A stretch of 64,000 nt of DNA from Rhodospirillaceae bacterium (GCA_018649725.1 JABIHH010000052.1:37406-101405); one strand, 5' to 3'; shown: positions 19,248 to 28,624, counted from the first letter of the stretch. The notes: a model not told the origin generated them from the sequence alone. Translations and numbers: made by a program.

Positions 19248-19724
19248 TTACCCTAAAACCGTTCCCTTACTTTCATCATCCATCATAATTGTGTCATGAG
19301 AGGCGGTCAGGGCAGCCGTAAATTCTGGGTCCTGGGCTTGCTCAGGCGTCAAATCCTGGACGGCGGAGAAAAGTTTCTCCATTCCGCCCGGCGTATAAAC
19401 CATGAGCATCTTCATGCCCCCTTCAGACTCAATTTGATGCGGTACCCCTGGAGGCACATGGACGCAAGAGCCTTGTACGGCCTCAAAATTCTCACCCCCT
19501 ACAATAACTTTCGCATCACCCTCAACAATATAAAACGTCTGGGAGCGATCATTGTGACGATGCAGCCTTGAGACAAAGCCCGGCTTACAAACCTCCTCAA
19601 TCAACTCAAACGCACCGCCGGAATCCTGAGCCCGAACCATAATATTAAGCTCATTCACTCCCGCCTGATAAACATTCCCACCCTTCGGACCTATCAATCT
19701 AACTTCATGCTGCATTGCCGACAT
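19248..19724 (-). CDS. cupin domain-containing protein
   Basis: Cupin motifs HRHNDRSQTFYIVEG and VHVPPGVPHQ. Confidence 0.8.
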   Translation of the reverse strand: MSAMQHEVRLIGPKGGNVYQAGVNELNIMVRAQDSGGAFELIEEVCKPGFVSRLHRHNDRSQTFYIVEGDAKVIVGGENFEAVQGSCVHVPPGVPHQIESEGGMKMLMVYTPGGMEKLFSAVQDLTPEQAQDPEFTAALTASHDTIMMDDESKGTVLG

Positions 19725-19972
19725 ACCGACCTCCTTCCCTGAATTTATATCTCAAAGAGTATAATTCGAGGCACCCACCCCGTCACCCCGGACATGAGTC
19801 GGAGGACACGATATTTAGTGCCACCCGAAAAACGCCCCCGACGAGATCCCAGACACTTTCGGGAATTTGGCCAAAGTTGGTACCTCACGGCGTGCGCTTG
19901 ACCGAGATCGTGAGGGCAGCATAGCAGGCATTAATACCCAAGCGATGAATTTAGGTTCTTACCTTGATTGGC

Positions 19973-20449
19973 CTAAGCTGACGGCGCTTTCTTCGTTAAG
20001 CTAGGTTTGAAAATCCCAAATATGATGATAATCAAAATGGGTATCGTATTGGCGGCGCCGATTATCTCTTCTTTCAGCAAGGTGGCTCTAAAGGAGTCAG
20101 AAATTGCACCGGCTTCCAGACTGGCTTTGGCCAGTTCGGTTAATTCTGGATTCATCGGAATGAGGAAGAAGGTCGCCATTACGGCAAGATAAGCTGATAA
20201 CACGACCTTGACCCAAAGCCATTTCGGCCTTTTAGGATAACTCCAGAACATTAAGCCACCGGCAATTAAAGCAATGGCTAACCCGGGCCCAATCAGAATA
20301 TAGGCGACGTATTCCATAAATATCCGCCCTTGGTACAACCCCTGCAAGTCGTGTCCCGCCACGGCTATAATAACAATATGGGCCAGAATGCCGCCGACAT
20401 ACATTACCAACCCGACAACATGAAAAAACTTAAATAGTTTCATAGACAT
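19973..20449 (-). CDS. DUF2269 family membrane protein
   Basis: Four TM helices. The FKFFHVVGLVMYVGGILAHIV start is typical of DUF2269. ATG 20449 is preceded by GGAGGG, so the track's GTG 20476 extension is unlikely. Confidence 0.7.
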   Translation of the reverse strand: MSMKLFKFFHVVGLVMYVGGILAHIVIIAVAGHDLQGLYQGRIFMEYVAYILIGPGLAIALIAGGLMFWSYPKRPKWLWVKVVLSAYLAVMATFFLIPMNPELTELAKASLEAGAISDSFRATLLKEEIIGAANTIPILIIIIFGIFKPSLTKKAPSA

Positions 20450-20518
20450 TTGAAGGCCCTCCGAAAATTTATCCACACCAAAATCTTATTAAATCATATT
20501 TAAACAATTTTGTTGACT

Positions 20519-20533
20519 AGTTAAATATTAACT
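20519..20533. promoter_or_regulatory. candidate MarR operator: AGTTAA-ata-TTAACT palindrome plus a third TTAACT half-site
   Basis: The palindrome lies in the 98-bp divergent region between DUF2269 and marR, adjacent to a TTGACT -35-like hexamer (20512-17). A further TTAACT is at 20536-41. Confidence 0.4.
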
Positions 20534-20547
20534 GCTTAACTAAATGA

Positions 20548-21003
20548 ATGTCAAATGAAATCATACCTGATCCCCTCCCGTCATTGGGTCGCCTTTTGTA
20601 TATTGCTAATCGAGCCGTAGCCGATCAGGCGGAGGCTCGTATCGCTAGCCATGATCTGACGCTAACTCAATGGATAACCTTAACGGCTCTTTGGCGTCAG
20701 GATGGCATGACCAATAATGGCTTGGCGGAATATAGCGAAGTAACACCGGCCGCATTATCCAAAACATTAGGCCGTATGGAAAAGAAAGGTTTAGTAAAGC
20801 GGGAAATGGATAGTACTGACCGCCGCGTTCAACGGGTATTCCTAACGCCTAAATCAAAAAAACTGGAACCTTTAATCAGCTTTTATAGCGAGACGAATGA
20901 ATTAATACTGGCCGAGTTTGGCACGCAGGAGAAAGAATTATTGTTCAATATGCTCAACCGTATTATCGATCGAGCAGGTTCTTTGGAAATCGACACGGCA
21001 TGA
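20548..21003 (+). CDS. MarR family transcriptional regulator
   Basis: 151 aa with a winged-helix core: LTLTQWITLTALW...GLAEYSEVTPAALSKTLGRMEKKGLVKREMDSTDRRV. Confidence 0.9.
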   Translation: MSNEIIPDPLPSLGRLLYIANRAVADQAEARIASHDLTLTQWITLTALWRQDGMTNNGLAEYSEVTPAALSKTLGRMEKKGLVKREMDSTDRRVQRVFLTPKSKKLEPLISFYSETNELILAEFGTQEKELLFNMLNRIIDRAGSLEIDTA

Positions 21004-21147
21004 ACGACAGTTACATTTCAGCCCTGGTTTCACCACCGTCAACTAAAACTTAACCAAGATTGAGCCATCCAGACCGTCGCAATAGTCACTATTGCGCATG
21101 CGATCAAGTTATTACGAAAATTCATCAAAAAATAGAGAAAATTAACA

Positions 21148-21480
21148 ATGGAAATACATAAGAAAGTTTTGAAAAATGCGATTGTGGTTTTTGTGCTTAT
21201 AGCCGCACTCTCAACGACCTCAGTTCTAGCTGAAGATAAGACCTTTGCTGATGTCTGTAGCGAATGTCATACAGGTGGCTTCAAAGGCTGGGTATCTGGC
21301 GCTCCAAACGTTAAAGAAAAGGACAAGTGGCAGAAATTCATTGAACGTGATTCCATAACAAAAATGAGAGAAATTGTCCTTAACGGTACCGACGACCATA
21401 AAAGAAAAGGCGGATGTGAAACTTGCTCAAATTCGGATGTTGTTGACGCAATCGATTACATGATGTCGTTGGTTAAATAA
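21148..21480 (+). CDS. cytochrome c5 family protein (periplasmic class I c-type cytochrome)
   Basis: Signal peptide, heme motif CSECH, GAPNV, a late Cys pair CETCS, and C-terminal DAIDYMMS. This layout matches cytochrome c5. Confidence 0.8.
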   Translation: MEIHKKVLKNAIVVFVLIAALSTTSVLAEDKTFADVCSECHTGGFKGWVSGAPNVKEKDKWQKFIERDSITKMREIVLNGTDDHKRKGGCETCSNSDVVDAIDYMMSLVK

Positions 21481-21626
21481 CTGAAGAACAATTAGATCTG
21501 CTCAAGTTTAAGTCGCTACTCCAAGCCAAAAACATATCATAATTTAGCTTCCAGCTTAATCCCCACTACTTTTACCACCCTAACGATCGACTACTTAACA
21601 TTCCACTTCATTCCACTATATCTCAA

Positions 21627-21653
21627 CCAAGTCGGGACCAAAACCGGGACCAA
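21627..21653 (+). repeat. 27-nt direct repeat copy A (CCAAGTCGGGACCAAAACCGGGACCAA)
   Basis: Read directly; identical to copy B except one base (A/G at repeat position 17). Each copy contains two CGGGACCAA sub-units. Confidence 0.85.
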
Positions 21654-21662
21654 TTTAGCAAC

Positions 21663-21691
21663 CACGGGTTCGGAGACCTAATGGGTCACCA
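21663..21691 (+). other. degenerate inverted copy of the tRNA-Glu 3' end (T-arm plus acceptor plus CCA)
   Basis: CACGGGTTCGGAGACCTAATGGGTCACCA versus the tRNA 3' segment CACGGGTTCGAATCCCGTAGGGGTCACCA. By my count 23 of 29 positions match. It lies on the opposite strand to the tRNA gene. Confidence 0.7.
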
Positions 21692-21735
21692 TCACGATAA
21701 AAAAAATGTAAAAATGCGATTTTTTTTAGATCGAG

Positions 21736-21762
21736 CCAAGTCGGGACCAAAGCCGGGACCAA
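21736..21762 (+). repeat. 27-nt direct repeat copy B (CCAAGTCGGGACCAAAGCCGGGACCAA)
   Basis: See copy A. The two copies start 109 bp apart and bracket the tRNA 3'-end fragment and an A8/T9 tract. Confidence 0.85.
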
Positions 21763-21814
21763 ATCTCCCTCTGATTATTTTTTTTGGCTGTTTTCTGCGG
21801 TTTTTTCCGAGCGA

Positions 21815-21892
21815 TGGTGACCCCTACGGGATTCGAACCCGTGTTACCAGAATGAAAATCTGGCGTCCTAGACCTGGCTAGACGAAGGGGTC
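21815..21892 (-). tRNA. tRNA-Glu (anticodon UUC), CCA encoded
   Basis: The reverse complement reads GACCCCTTCGTCTAGCCAGGTCTAGGACGCCAGATTTTCATTCTGGTAACACGGGTTCGAATCCCGTAGGGGTCACCA. It has a 7-bp acceptor, anticodon stem CCAGA/TCTGG with loop TTTTCAT (anticodon TTC), T-arm ACGGG-TTCGAAT-CCCGT, and close similarity to E. coli tRNA-Glu. Confidence 0.95.
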
Positions 21893-22008
21893 GGTAACCA
21901 TCGGCTGGAGACGAGGGTTTATACGCCTCACCGCCTGAAATCAAGTCCCTATTTACGTCAATATGTAAATTTTTTTAATCATAGGTTTTTGGGGGTTTTG
22001 CGCCGAAT

Positions 22009-23220
22009 TCAGGTGCTGGATTGGCCCCGGAGCTTCCATAGAGCCAGCGGACCGAGAAGTGCGACGATGCCCATTGAGGCGAAAGCGAGGCCCCATGACG
22101 TCACGTTCAGGCCTGCGCCGGAAAGATCGAGCACCATGCCGACCACCAGCGGGCCAATTGCACCGCCGCCAAAGCCGATCAGGGCATGAAGACCCAATGT
22201 CGCCCCCCGCCGGCCTTTTTCAGCCGCCATCACGGCTCCGGCGGTCAAAGCTGCCGAATCTAGTTGAACCAGCCCGGCATAGAGAATAACCAAGAGCACA
22301 ATAATCCAATAGGGCAGCGCGGCCAAAAAGCCTAAAACCAAGGCCAAAAGGCCCGCAGATATGAGATAAATCACCACCATGCGGCGGCGGCCAAAACGGT
22401 CGGCGAGTTCACTGCCGCCGATACTGGTCACCATGGCAAAAAAGGCGCTCAGGGTTACGACCACTGTCGGCGCCATAAACCCGGCTGTGCTGCCGGGCTG
22501 TAAAGTCAGGCTATACGCCAAAAAGGCCACCATCCAAGAGCGCATGGCGAACAGCTCCCAACTATGGGCGCAATAAGCGAGCACATAGCCCATGGCCTCC
22601 CGGTTGCGCAGCACCGGCCGAAAATCCAGTAACTTGGTCTCAATATCGGGTTTAGCTGGGGTGATCGGCCGCATCGTCACAAATACCAACAAAGCTGCCG
22701 CCCCGGCACAAAAGCCTGCAATCATATGCGCCTCTGACCAGCCCAAAGCGTTGCCGACTTCACCCGAGTAATAAAACGAAATCGCCGTACCTAGGCTAAA
22801 ACTCGAGGTATAAAAAGCGAGCGCCCGGGCCTGCTTTTCACCGCCATAGCGATCAACCAAAACGCGGAGACCCGGCATAAAGGTTGCGGCTAAGCCAACG
22901 CCCGCCAACATACGCAACAGCAGGGCCGACCAGAAACCACTGGCGAACGTGGCAAAGCCAAACAGCGCGGCCGCCGTCAGAAGTGCTCCGCCGAGATAAA
23001 CCCAACGCGCATCAATACGGTCGGTCAGGCTGACCAATACCGGCACGCTCAGAGCATAGCCGCCGAGTAAAATCCCGGCAATCCACCCAGCTTCGGTGTT
23101 GGAAAGCTGCCAGGTTTCGATGAATTCCGGCATGAGAGAGGGAAATGTAAAAACGCCAAGGAGCGTTAAAACCTCGGCCAGACACATAATACCAACGATA
23201 TAGAAAGGAGATTGGCGCAT
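22009..23220 (-). CDS. MFS transporter
   Basis: 403 aa, 12 TM segments, DRIDAR and DRFGRRR loop motifs. Confidence 0.85.
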   Translation of the reverse strand: MRQSPFYIVGIMCLAEVLTLLGVFTFPSLMPEFIETWQLSNTEAGWIAGILLGGYALSVPVLVSLTDRIDARWVYLGGALLTAAALFGFATFASGFWSALLLRMLAGVGLAATFMPGLRVLVDRYGGEKQARALAFYTSSFSLGTAISFYYSGEVGNALGWSEAHMIAGFCAGAAALLVFVTMRPITPAKPDIETKLLDFRPVLRNREAMGYVLAYCAHSWELFAMRSWMVAFLAYSLTLQPGSTAGFMAPTVVVTLSAFFAMVTSIGGSELADRFGRRRMVVIYLISAGLLALVLGFLAALPYWIIVLLVILYAGLVQLDSAALTAGAVMAAEKGRRGATLGLHALIGFGGGAIGPLVVGMVLDLSGAGLNVTSWGLAFASMGIVALLGPLALWKLRGQSST

Positions 23221-23226
23221 TTTCAG

Positions 23227-25020
23227 CTAGCCAACCGGCGCTGCGTCATCGATCAAGAGCTGCACCGATGAGCGGCCTTGCCAGATATTCTCCCTGAGAC
23301 GGCCAACGATATGAAGCGGCATACCGTTATGGTTTAGCAGCGCTTGGCCCAATTCGGTATCAAGACAGCGAAACGCGATTGCCGCGAGCTGCTTTTTACT
23401 GTCGATGCCACTTAAAAAACAGCGCACATGATTAACCCCGACGACATCAACCTTAGCGATGCGAATACTATTGAAAGCGAGCCTAGGCTCGGCATTACCA
23501 TTACCAAAAGGTGCCAATTTCTGCAAAACTTCAACAAGATCCATGGTTGCACCTTCGAGCGTGACACTACCATCGACATTCAGCGTCGGCACAATGCCTT
23601 CTTCCTCAATCTGCTTGCCGATCCGCTCTGCGAGAAAGCTTTCAAAAGCACCGAGTTGCCCCTCCTCCAGCGAAAAACCAGCTGCCATGGCGTGACCGCC
23701 ACCATTGGTGAGAATTCCGGCTTGGCGGGCTGCGATAACGCAAGCGCCAAGATCAACGCCGGTAATTGAGCGCCCGGAGCCGGTCGCCTTGCCATCTTGC
23801 ACTGTCACCACACAGGACGGCAGGCCATAGCGCTCTTTTAATCTGCTGGCGACAATGCCGATTACGCCCGGATGCCAGCCCTGACCAGCGATGAAGACGA
23901 CCGAGCCCGCTTCTTCTGCTTTCGTTTCAGCCAGAGCCAGTGCCTCTTGCAAAACCATATCTTCGATCTCGCGGCGCTCGAGGTTATAGGCATCGAGCTT
24001 TTGGGCAATATTGAAAGCTTTTTCGGTGCTGTCAGTGGCCAATAATTGCGCCCCTAAATAACTTTCGCCAACCCGCCCGCCAGCGTTTACCCGGGGCCCC
24101 ATAAGGAAGCCAAGATGATAAGTCGACGGCGCTTCATCCATGCGCGAGACATCCGCCAAAGCGGATAATCCAGCGTTCTGACGCTTCGCCATCACCTTCA
24201 ATCCCTGCACCACGAGGGCACGGTTAACGCCGGTGAGCTGGACCATATCAGCAACCGTACCAAGCGCCACAATATCCAGCCAATTCATAAGGTTAGGTTC
24301 TTTTATTGAAGCATTTCCTTCAAAAAATTTGACTTCCCTAAGGCCTCGGTTTAATGCCACGGCCAACAAGAAAGAGACGCCCACTGCCGCCAATTGGCCA
24401 TGCTCGCTGATCTCATCCAGCCGGTTCGGATTGATGACCGCGACCGCTTCCGGCAAGCCTGCTTCGGCAACGTGATGATCGACCACAATGACATCAAGAT
24501 CCTGTTCTTTCGCAAAAGCCAAAGGCTCATATGCTGTCGTGCCGCAATCGACCGTGATGATGACTTTCGCACCATCCTTTTTTAGTTTTTCAAGTGCTGG
24601 AATGTTTGGTCCATAGCCTTCGCTGATGCGGTCCGGGATATAAATCTGGTGGTCAGCTTCGATCGCCTTGAAATAGCGCGCTAAGAGTGCCGACGATGTT
24701 GCGCCATCGACGTCATAATCACCGAAAATGGCGATTTTTTCTTTACCCTTGATGGCCTGAACAAGGCGTTCGACGCCGACAGCCATATCCAGCAAATGAC
24801 CGGGGTCTGGCAGAGATGAGCTGAGCTTGGGATCAAGAAAGGTATCGACCTGCTCAGCGGCAATGCCACGGGCGTTCAAAAAACGTCCAATAATCTCAGG
24901 GAGTTGAAATTGCTGCGAAAGAGCGAGGGCTTGGCGGGAATCACTTGACCGCTCCAGCCACCGTTTTCCACTAAAAGACCGCTCAACGTCAAAAAAAAGC
25001 TTATCGGAAGCGGTCCCCAT
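23227..25020 (-). CDS. recJ: single-stranded-DNA-specific exonuclease RecJ
   Basis: DHH motifs IFGDYDVDGATS, DCG, VVDHH and the GGGHAMAAG DHHA1 motif; 597 aa. Confidence 0.95.
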   Translation of the reverse strand: MGTASDKLFFDVERSFSGKRWLERSSDSRQALALSQQFQLPEIIGRFLNARGIAAEQVDTFLDPKLSSSLPDPGHLLDMAVGVERLVQAIKGKEKIAIFGDYDVDGATSSALLARYFKAIEADHQIYIPDRISEGYGPNIPALEKLKKDGAKVIITVDCGTTAYEPLAFAKEQDLDVIVVDHHVAEAGLPEAVAVINPNRLDEISEHGQLAAVGVSFLLAVALNRGLREVKFFEGNASIKEPNLMNWLDIVALGTVADMVQLTGVNRALVVQGLKVMAKRQNAGLSALADVSRMDEAPSTYHLGFLMGPRVNAGGRVGESYLGAQLLATDSTEKAFNIAQKLDAYNLERREIEDMVLQEALALAETKAEEAGSVVFIAGQGWHPGVIGIVASRLKERYGLPSCVVTVQDGKATGSGRSITGVDLGACVIAARQAGILTNGGGHAMAAGFSLEEGQLGAFESFLAERIGKQIEEEGIVPTLNVDGSVTLEGATMDLVEVLQKLAPFGNGNAEPRLAFNSIRIAKVDVVGVNHVRCFLSGIDSKKQLAAIAFRCLDTELGQALLNHNGMPLHIVGRLRENIWQGRSSVQLLIDDAAPVG

Positions 25021-25063
25021 TTTACATCCCTATTATATCCGGTGCAATTTTACCTGCTTTAAA

Positions 25064-26056
25064 TTAACTGGTGGCGGGCGCAAAGCCCGGCTTGCGGTCA
25101 AAGTGATGCTCAGATTCGATATAACGAACCGTGCCAGATTTAGAGCGCATGATCAGCGAATGGGTCGTCGCGCCGCCTTTGAAGCGCCTGACACCCTTAA
25201 GCATCGTGCCCATGGTCACACCGGTGGCCGCAAACATGGTCTCACCGCCGGCAAGCTCCATCAAGCCATACTTCTGGTCGAAATCAGTAATACCGAGACG
25301 TTGCGCCCGTCCCCGCTCATCATCATTGCGGAACACCAGACGACCTTGCATCTGGCCGCCAATACAGCGAAGTGCAGCTGCTGCCAAAACACCTTCTGGC
25401 GCGCCGCCTGTGCCCATATAAATATCAACACCAGCTTCTTCGGTGGAGGTTGCGATCACACCGCTGACGTCACCGTCGCCGATCAGCATGATACGCGCGC
25501 CAGCTTCACGGGTTTTCGCGATAATTTCTTCATGGCGCGGGCGATCCAGCACGCAGGCAACCAAATCACCAATATCAACATCTTTGGCCTTGGCGAGATT
25601 ATTTAAATTTTTCTCAACGCTTTCATCAAGATCGACCACACCTTCGGGCAAACCATGCCCAACAGCGATCTTATCCATATAGGTATCCGGTGCATTCAAA
25701 AAGCCACCCTCTTCCGCCATGGCGATAACCGCCAAAGCATTGTTGCCGCCTTTGGCCGTGATGGTCGTACCTTCCAGAGGATCAAGCGCAATATCAATTT
25801 TTGGACCTGAACCACTGCCGACTTCTTCACCGATATAAAGCATTGGCGCTTCATCGCGCTCGCCCTCACCAATGCGTACGGTGCCTTGCATATGCATGCT
25901 GTTGAGTGCGGTGCGCATGGCGTCAACGGCTGCCTGATCAGCTGCCTTCTCATCGCCCCGCCCCATCAATTTGGAGGCTGCCAGAGCAGCGGCTTCGGTT
26001 ACGCGGACAGCTTCCAGCGCAATATTTCGATCCATTTTTGCAGTATATTCGCCCAT
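25064..26056 (-). CDS. glpX: class II fructose-1,6-bisphosphatase
   Basis: NIALEAVRVTEAAALA...GRGDEKAADQAAVDAM start, DPLEGTT, and GGAPEGVLAAAALRC are hallmarks of GlpX. Confidence 0.95.
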   Translation of the reverse strand: MGEYTAKMDRNIALEAVRVTEAAALAASKLMGRGDEKAADQAAVDAMRTALNSMHMQGTVRIGEGERDEAPMLYIGEEVGSGSGPKIDIALDPLEGTTITAKGGNNALAVIAMAEEGGFLNAPDTYMDKIAVGHGLPEGVVDLDESVEKNLNNLAKAKDVDIGDLVACVLDRPRHEEIIAKTREAGARIMLIGDGDVSGVIATSTEEAGVDIYMGTGGAPEGVLAAAALRCIGGQMQGRLVFRNDDERGRAQRLGITDFDQKYGLMELAGGETMFAATGVTMGTMLKGVRRFKGGATTHSLIMRSKSGTVRYIESEHHFDRKPGFAPATS

Positions 26057-26099
26057 AATCTTTCTTACCTTTTTTTAAATTTTATTCTTAAAGCGCCTT

Positions 26100-27395
26100 T
26101 TAAAACGACTCTATCCTAATTAGCCGGGGAGGTTCCACCACCGCGTCATTTTTTGCGATCGCATCTAACGTTGCAACCATCGAAGCCTCATCCGCCTCAT
26201 GAGTTGTCAGTACAACGGGCACGGCCTCATTCTCGGAGCGGCCCCGCTGTAACACGGCCTCCATTGAGACATTATGTTCATGTAAAGCACCGGCAATCGT
26301 CGCAAAAACGCCCGGCTTATCAGCTACCATAAAGCGCACATAGTACGATCCAACATGGGATGAAATCGGTGCCTCTTGCATCTTTGCGAGATTGTCAGCC
26401 GGAATAGCAAAGGTGTTTGGCATTCGCCCGCGCGCTATATCGATAATATCGGCAACGACAGCAGAGGCCGTTGGCCCCTCGCCCGCGCCCCGGCCCTCAT
26501 ACATCGTCGTGTCGACAAAATCGCCATCAGCAACGACCGCGTTAAAGACGTCTTCGATATGCGCTATTGGTGCATCAAGCGGCACCATGCAAGGATGAAC
26601 ACGTTGCTCTATACCCTTATCAGTCTGGCGCGCAATACCCAGTAATTTAATGCGATAGCCGAGATCTTCGGCAAATTCGATATCAAGCGGCGAGATATGA
26701 CGGATGCCTTCAATATGCACGGCATCAAAGTTCAGCTCACAGCCAAAGGCCAGGCTGGTCAGGATCGCTAATTTGTGGGCAGCATCAACGCCGTCAACAT
26801 CAAAAGCCGGATCCGCTTCGGCATAGCCAAGCTCCTGAGCTTCCTTTAGCACAACGTCAAATTCTTTACCGGTCTCCCGCATTTCACTTAAAATGTAATT
26901 GCAGGTGCCGTTCAAAATACCAAAAACGCGCGAAATCGTATTTGCAGCGAGGCCTTCACGCAATGCTTTGACAATTGGAATACCGCCCGCGACAGCGGCT
27001 TCAAAAGCGACGGCAACATTTGCCGCCTCAGCAGATTTCGCCAGAGCAGTGCCATGGTGCGCAATCAGGGCTTTATTGGCTGTCACCACATGCTTGCCAT
27101 TGGCAATTGCAGCCTCAACCAAATCTTTCGCCGGCCCATCTTCTCCGCCGATTAGTTCAGCAACAACATCAACGCTGTCATCTGAGGCGAGCGCCACCGG
27201 ATCATCGTGCCAGTTAAAGCCTGCCAGATCGACGCCGCGGTCTTTAGAGCGATCACGCGCAGAAACGGCTGTCACCGTGATTTCACGGCCACATCTCATG
27301 GCAATTAAGGAGGCTTGTTGCTCGAGCAGCTTGATCGTTCCGGCACCAACCGTGCCGAGCCCGGCTATCCCAATTCTTAGAGGTGAGTTACTCAA
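26100..27395 (-). CDS. hom: homoserine dehydrogenase
   Basis: N-terminal GLGTVG NAD-binding fold, central homoserine dehydrogenase catalytic region, C-terminal ACT domain (YYVRFMVADKPGV). The start overlaps the upstream aminotransferase stop (ATGA-type overlap at 27392-27395). Confidence 0.95.
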   Translation of the reverse strand: MSNSPLRIGIAGLGTVGAGTIKLLEQQASLIAMRCGREITVTAVSARDRSKDRGVDLAGFNWHDDPVALASDDSVDVVAELIGGEDGPAKDLVEAAIANGKHVVTANKALIAHHGTALAKSAEAANVAVAFEAAVAGGIPIVKALREGLAANTISRVFGILNGTCNYILSEMRETGKEFDVVLKEAQELGYAEADPAFDVDGVDAAHKLAILTSLAFGCELNFDAVHIEGIRHISPLDIEFAEDLGYRIKLLGIARQTDKGIEQRVHPCMVPLDAPIAHIEDVFNAVVADGDFVDTTMYEGRGAGEGPTASAVVADIIDIARGRMPNTFAIPADNLAKMQEAPISSHVGSYYVRFMVADKPGVFATIAGALHEHNVSMEAVLQRGRSENEAVPVVLTTHEADEASMVATLDAIAKNDAVVEPPRLIRIESF

Positions 27396-28624
27396 GACGC
27401 TGCTGCTCGTTTCTTTTCTGATTCTTCCAGTACTTTATCATAAGAACCGAGGAAGGTCTTTAAATTACGCGCCGCCTGACGGATGCGATGGCGATTTTCC
27501 ACCAAAGATACCCGCACATGACCATCGCCATGCTCACCAAAGGCAACACCCGGCGAAACTGCAATTTCAGCTTCTCTGAGAAGCATTTTAGAGAACTCGA
27601 CAGAACCCAAATGTTTGAACGCATCCGGGATCGGAGCCCAGGCAAACATGGTTGCCGGTGGGCTTGGAATATCCCAGCCAGCCGCACTGAAGCTTTCAAT
27701 CAAAACGTCCCGGCGTTCCCGGTACATTTGCCGCATTTCATCAACGCAATCTTGCGGACCATTGAGCGCAGCTGCTGCAGCAACCTGGATTGGCGTAAAA
27801 GCACCATAATCCAGATAGGATTTAATGCGCGCTAGAGCCGCAATCATGGTCTTGTTGCCAGCCGCAAAGCCGATGCGCCAACCCGGCATCGAATAGGTTT
27901 TACTCATCGAGGTAAATTCGACAGCAATATCCCGTGCACCAGGAATCTCCAGGATTGAAGGCGGTGGGTTATCGTCGAAATAAACTTCCGAATAAGCCAG
28001 ATCGGAAAGAATATAAATGCCGTGATGCTTGCAGAAATCGACAACCTGGCCGTAAAAATCCAGATCCGTCGTAATTGCCGTCGGATTATTGGGATAATTC
28101 AAAACCACAGCTGTCGGTTTCGGCACCGAATGGATAACCGCAATCTCTAAAGCTTTGAGATAATCCTGATCCGGGTTCACCGGCACGTTCCGAACCGCAG
28201 CGCCTGCAATGATGAAGCCGAACTGGTGGATCGGATAGCTGGGGTTCGGCACCAAGATCACATCGCCCGGGCTGGTGATCGCCGAAGCTAAGTTCGCCAA
28301 GCCTTCTTTAGAGCCAAGCGTCACGATGGCTTCTGAATTGGGGTCGATCTCAACATTAAAGCGCTCACCGTAATAGGCCGCAAAAGCTTTGCGTAAACCT
28401 GGAATTCCTCTGGAAGCTGAGTAGCGATGGGTGCGAGGATCGTTGACCGTCTCGATCATTTTTTCGACAATATGGCGCGGCGTCGGTTGATCCGGATTAC
28501 CCATGCCAAAGTCGATGATATCTTCGCCTGCCGCTCGAGCACGGGCCTTCATTTCGTTTACTTCATTGAAAACGTATGGAGGTAACCGTTTAATTCTATG
28601 GAATTCCTGTTCCATTGCTCGCAC
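27392..28624 (-). CDS. pyridoxal-phosphate-dependent aminotransferase, class I/II (AlaC / LL-DAP-aminotransferase-like)
   Basis: RIKRLPPYVF...DFGMGNPD start, NPNNPT, and PLP-lysine motif SMSKTYSMPGWRIG. This is the conserved alphaproteobacterial position upstream of hom. Confidence 0.9.
   Translation of the reverse strand: MRAMEQEFHRIKRLPPYVFNEVNEMKARARAAGEDIIDFGMGNPDQPTPRHIVEKMIETVNDPRTHRYSASRGIPGLRKAFAAYYGERFNVEIDPNSEAIVTLGSKEGLANLASAITSPGDVILVPNPSYPIHQFGFIIAGAAVRNVPVNPDQDYLKALEIAVIHSVPKPTAVVLNYPNNPTAITTDLDFYGQVVDFCKHHGIYILSDLAYSEVYFDDNPPPSILEIPGARDIAVEFTSMSKTYSMPGWRIGFAAGNKTMIAALARIKSYLDYGAFTPIQVAAAAALNGPQDCVDEMRQMYRERRDVLIESFSAAGWDIPSPPATMFAWAPIPDAFKHLGSVEFSKMLLREAEIAVSPGVAFGEHGDGHVRVSLVENRHRIRQAARNLKTFLGSYDKVLEESEKKRAAAS

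Noticed and set aside
20469-20477. Isolated perfect DnaA box TTATCCACA near the DUF2269 start
   Set aside because: A single 9-mer is expected by chance about once in a window of this size counting both strands, and it has no companions.
21681-21944. ORFs 21681-21881 (+) and 21726-21944 (-)
   Set aside because: Both overlap the tRNA-Glu gene and the repeat region, and they translate homopolymer tracts (HHH, KK, FF). They are not credible coding sequences.
26899-27579. 226-aa plus-strand ORF over hom and the aminotransferase. The long antisense ORFs at 7775-8392, 44241-44849, 53183-53710, 25103-25606 and 46949-47419 were treated the same way.
   Set aside because: All lie opposite well-supported genes and show low-complexity, Arg/Pro/Ser-biased translations. 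None has an RBS or a motif.
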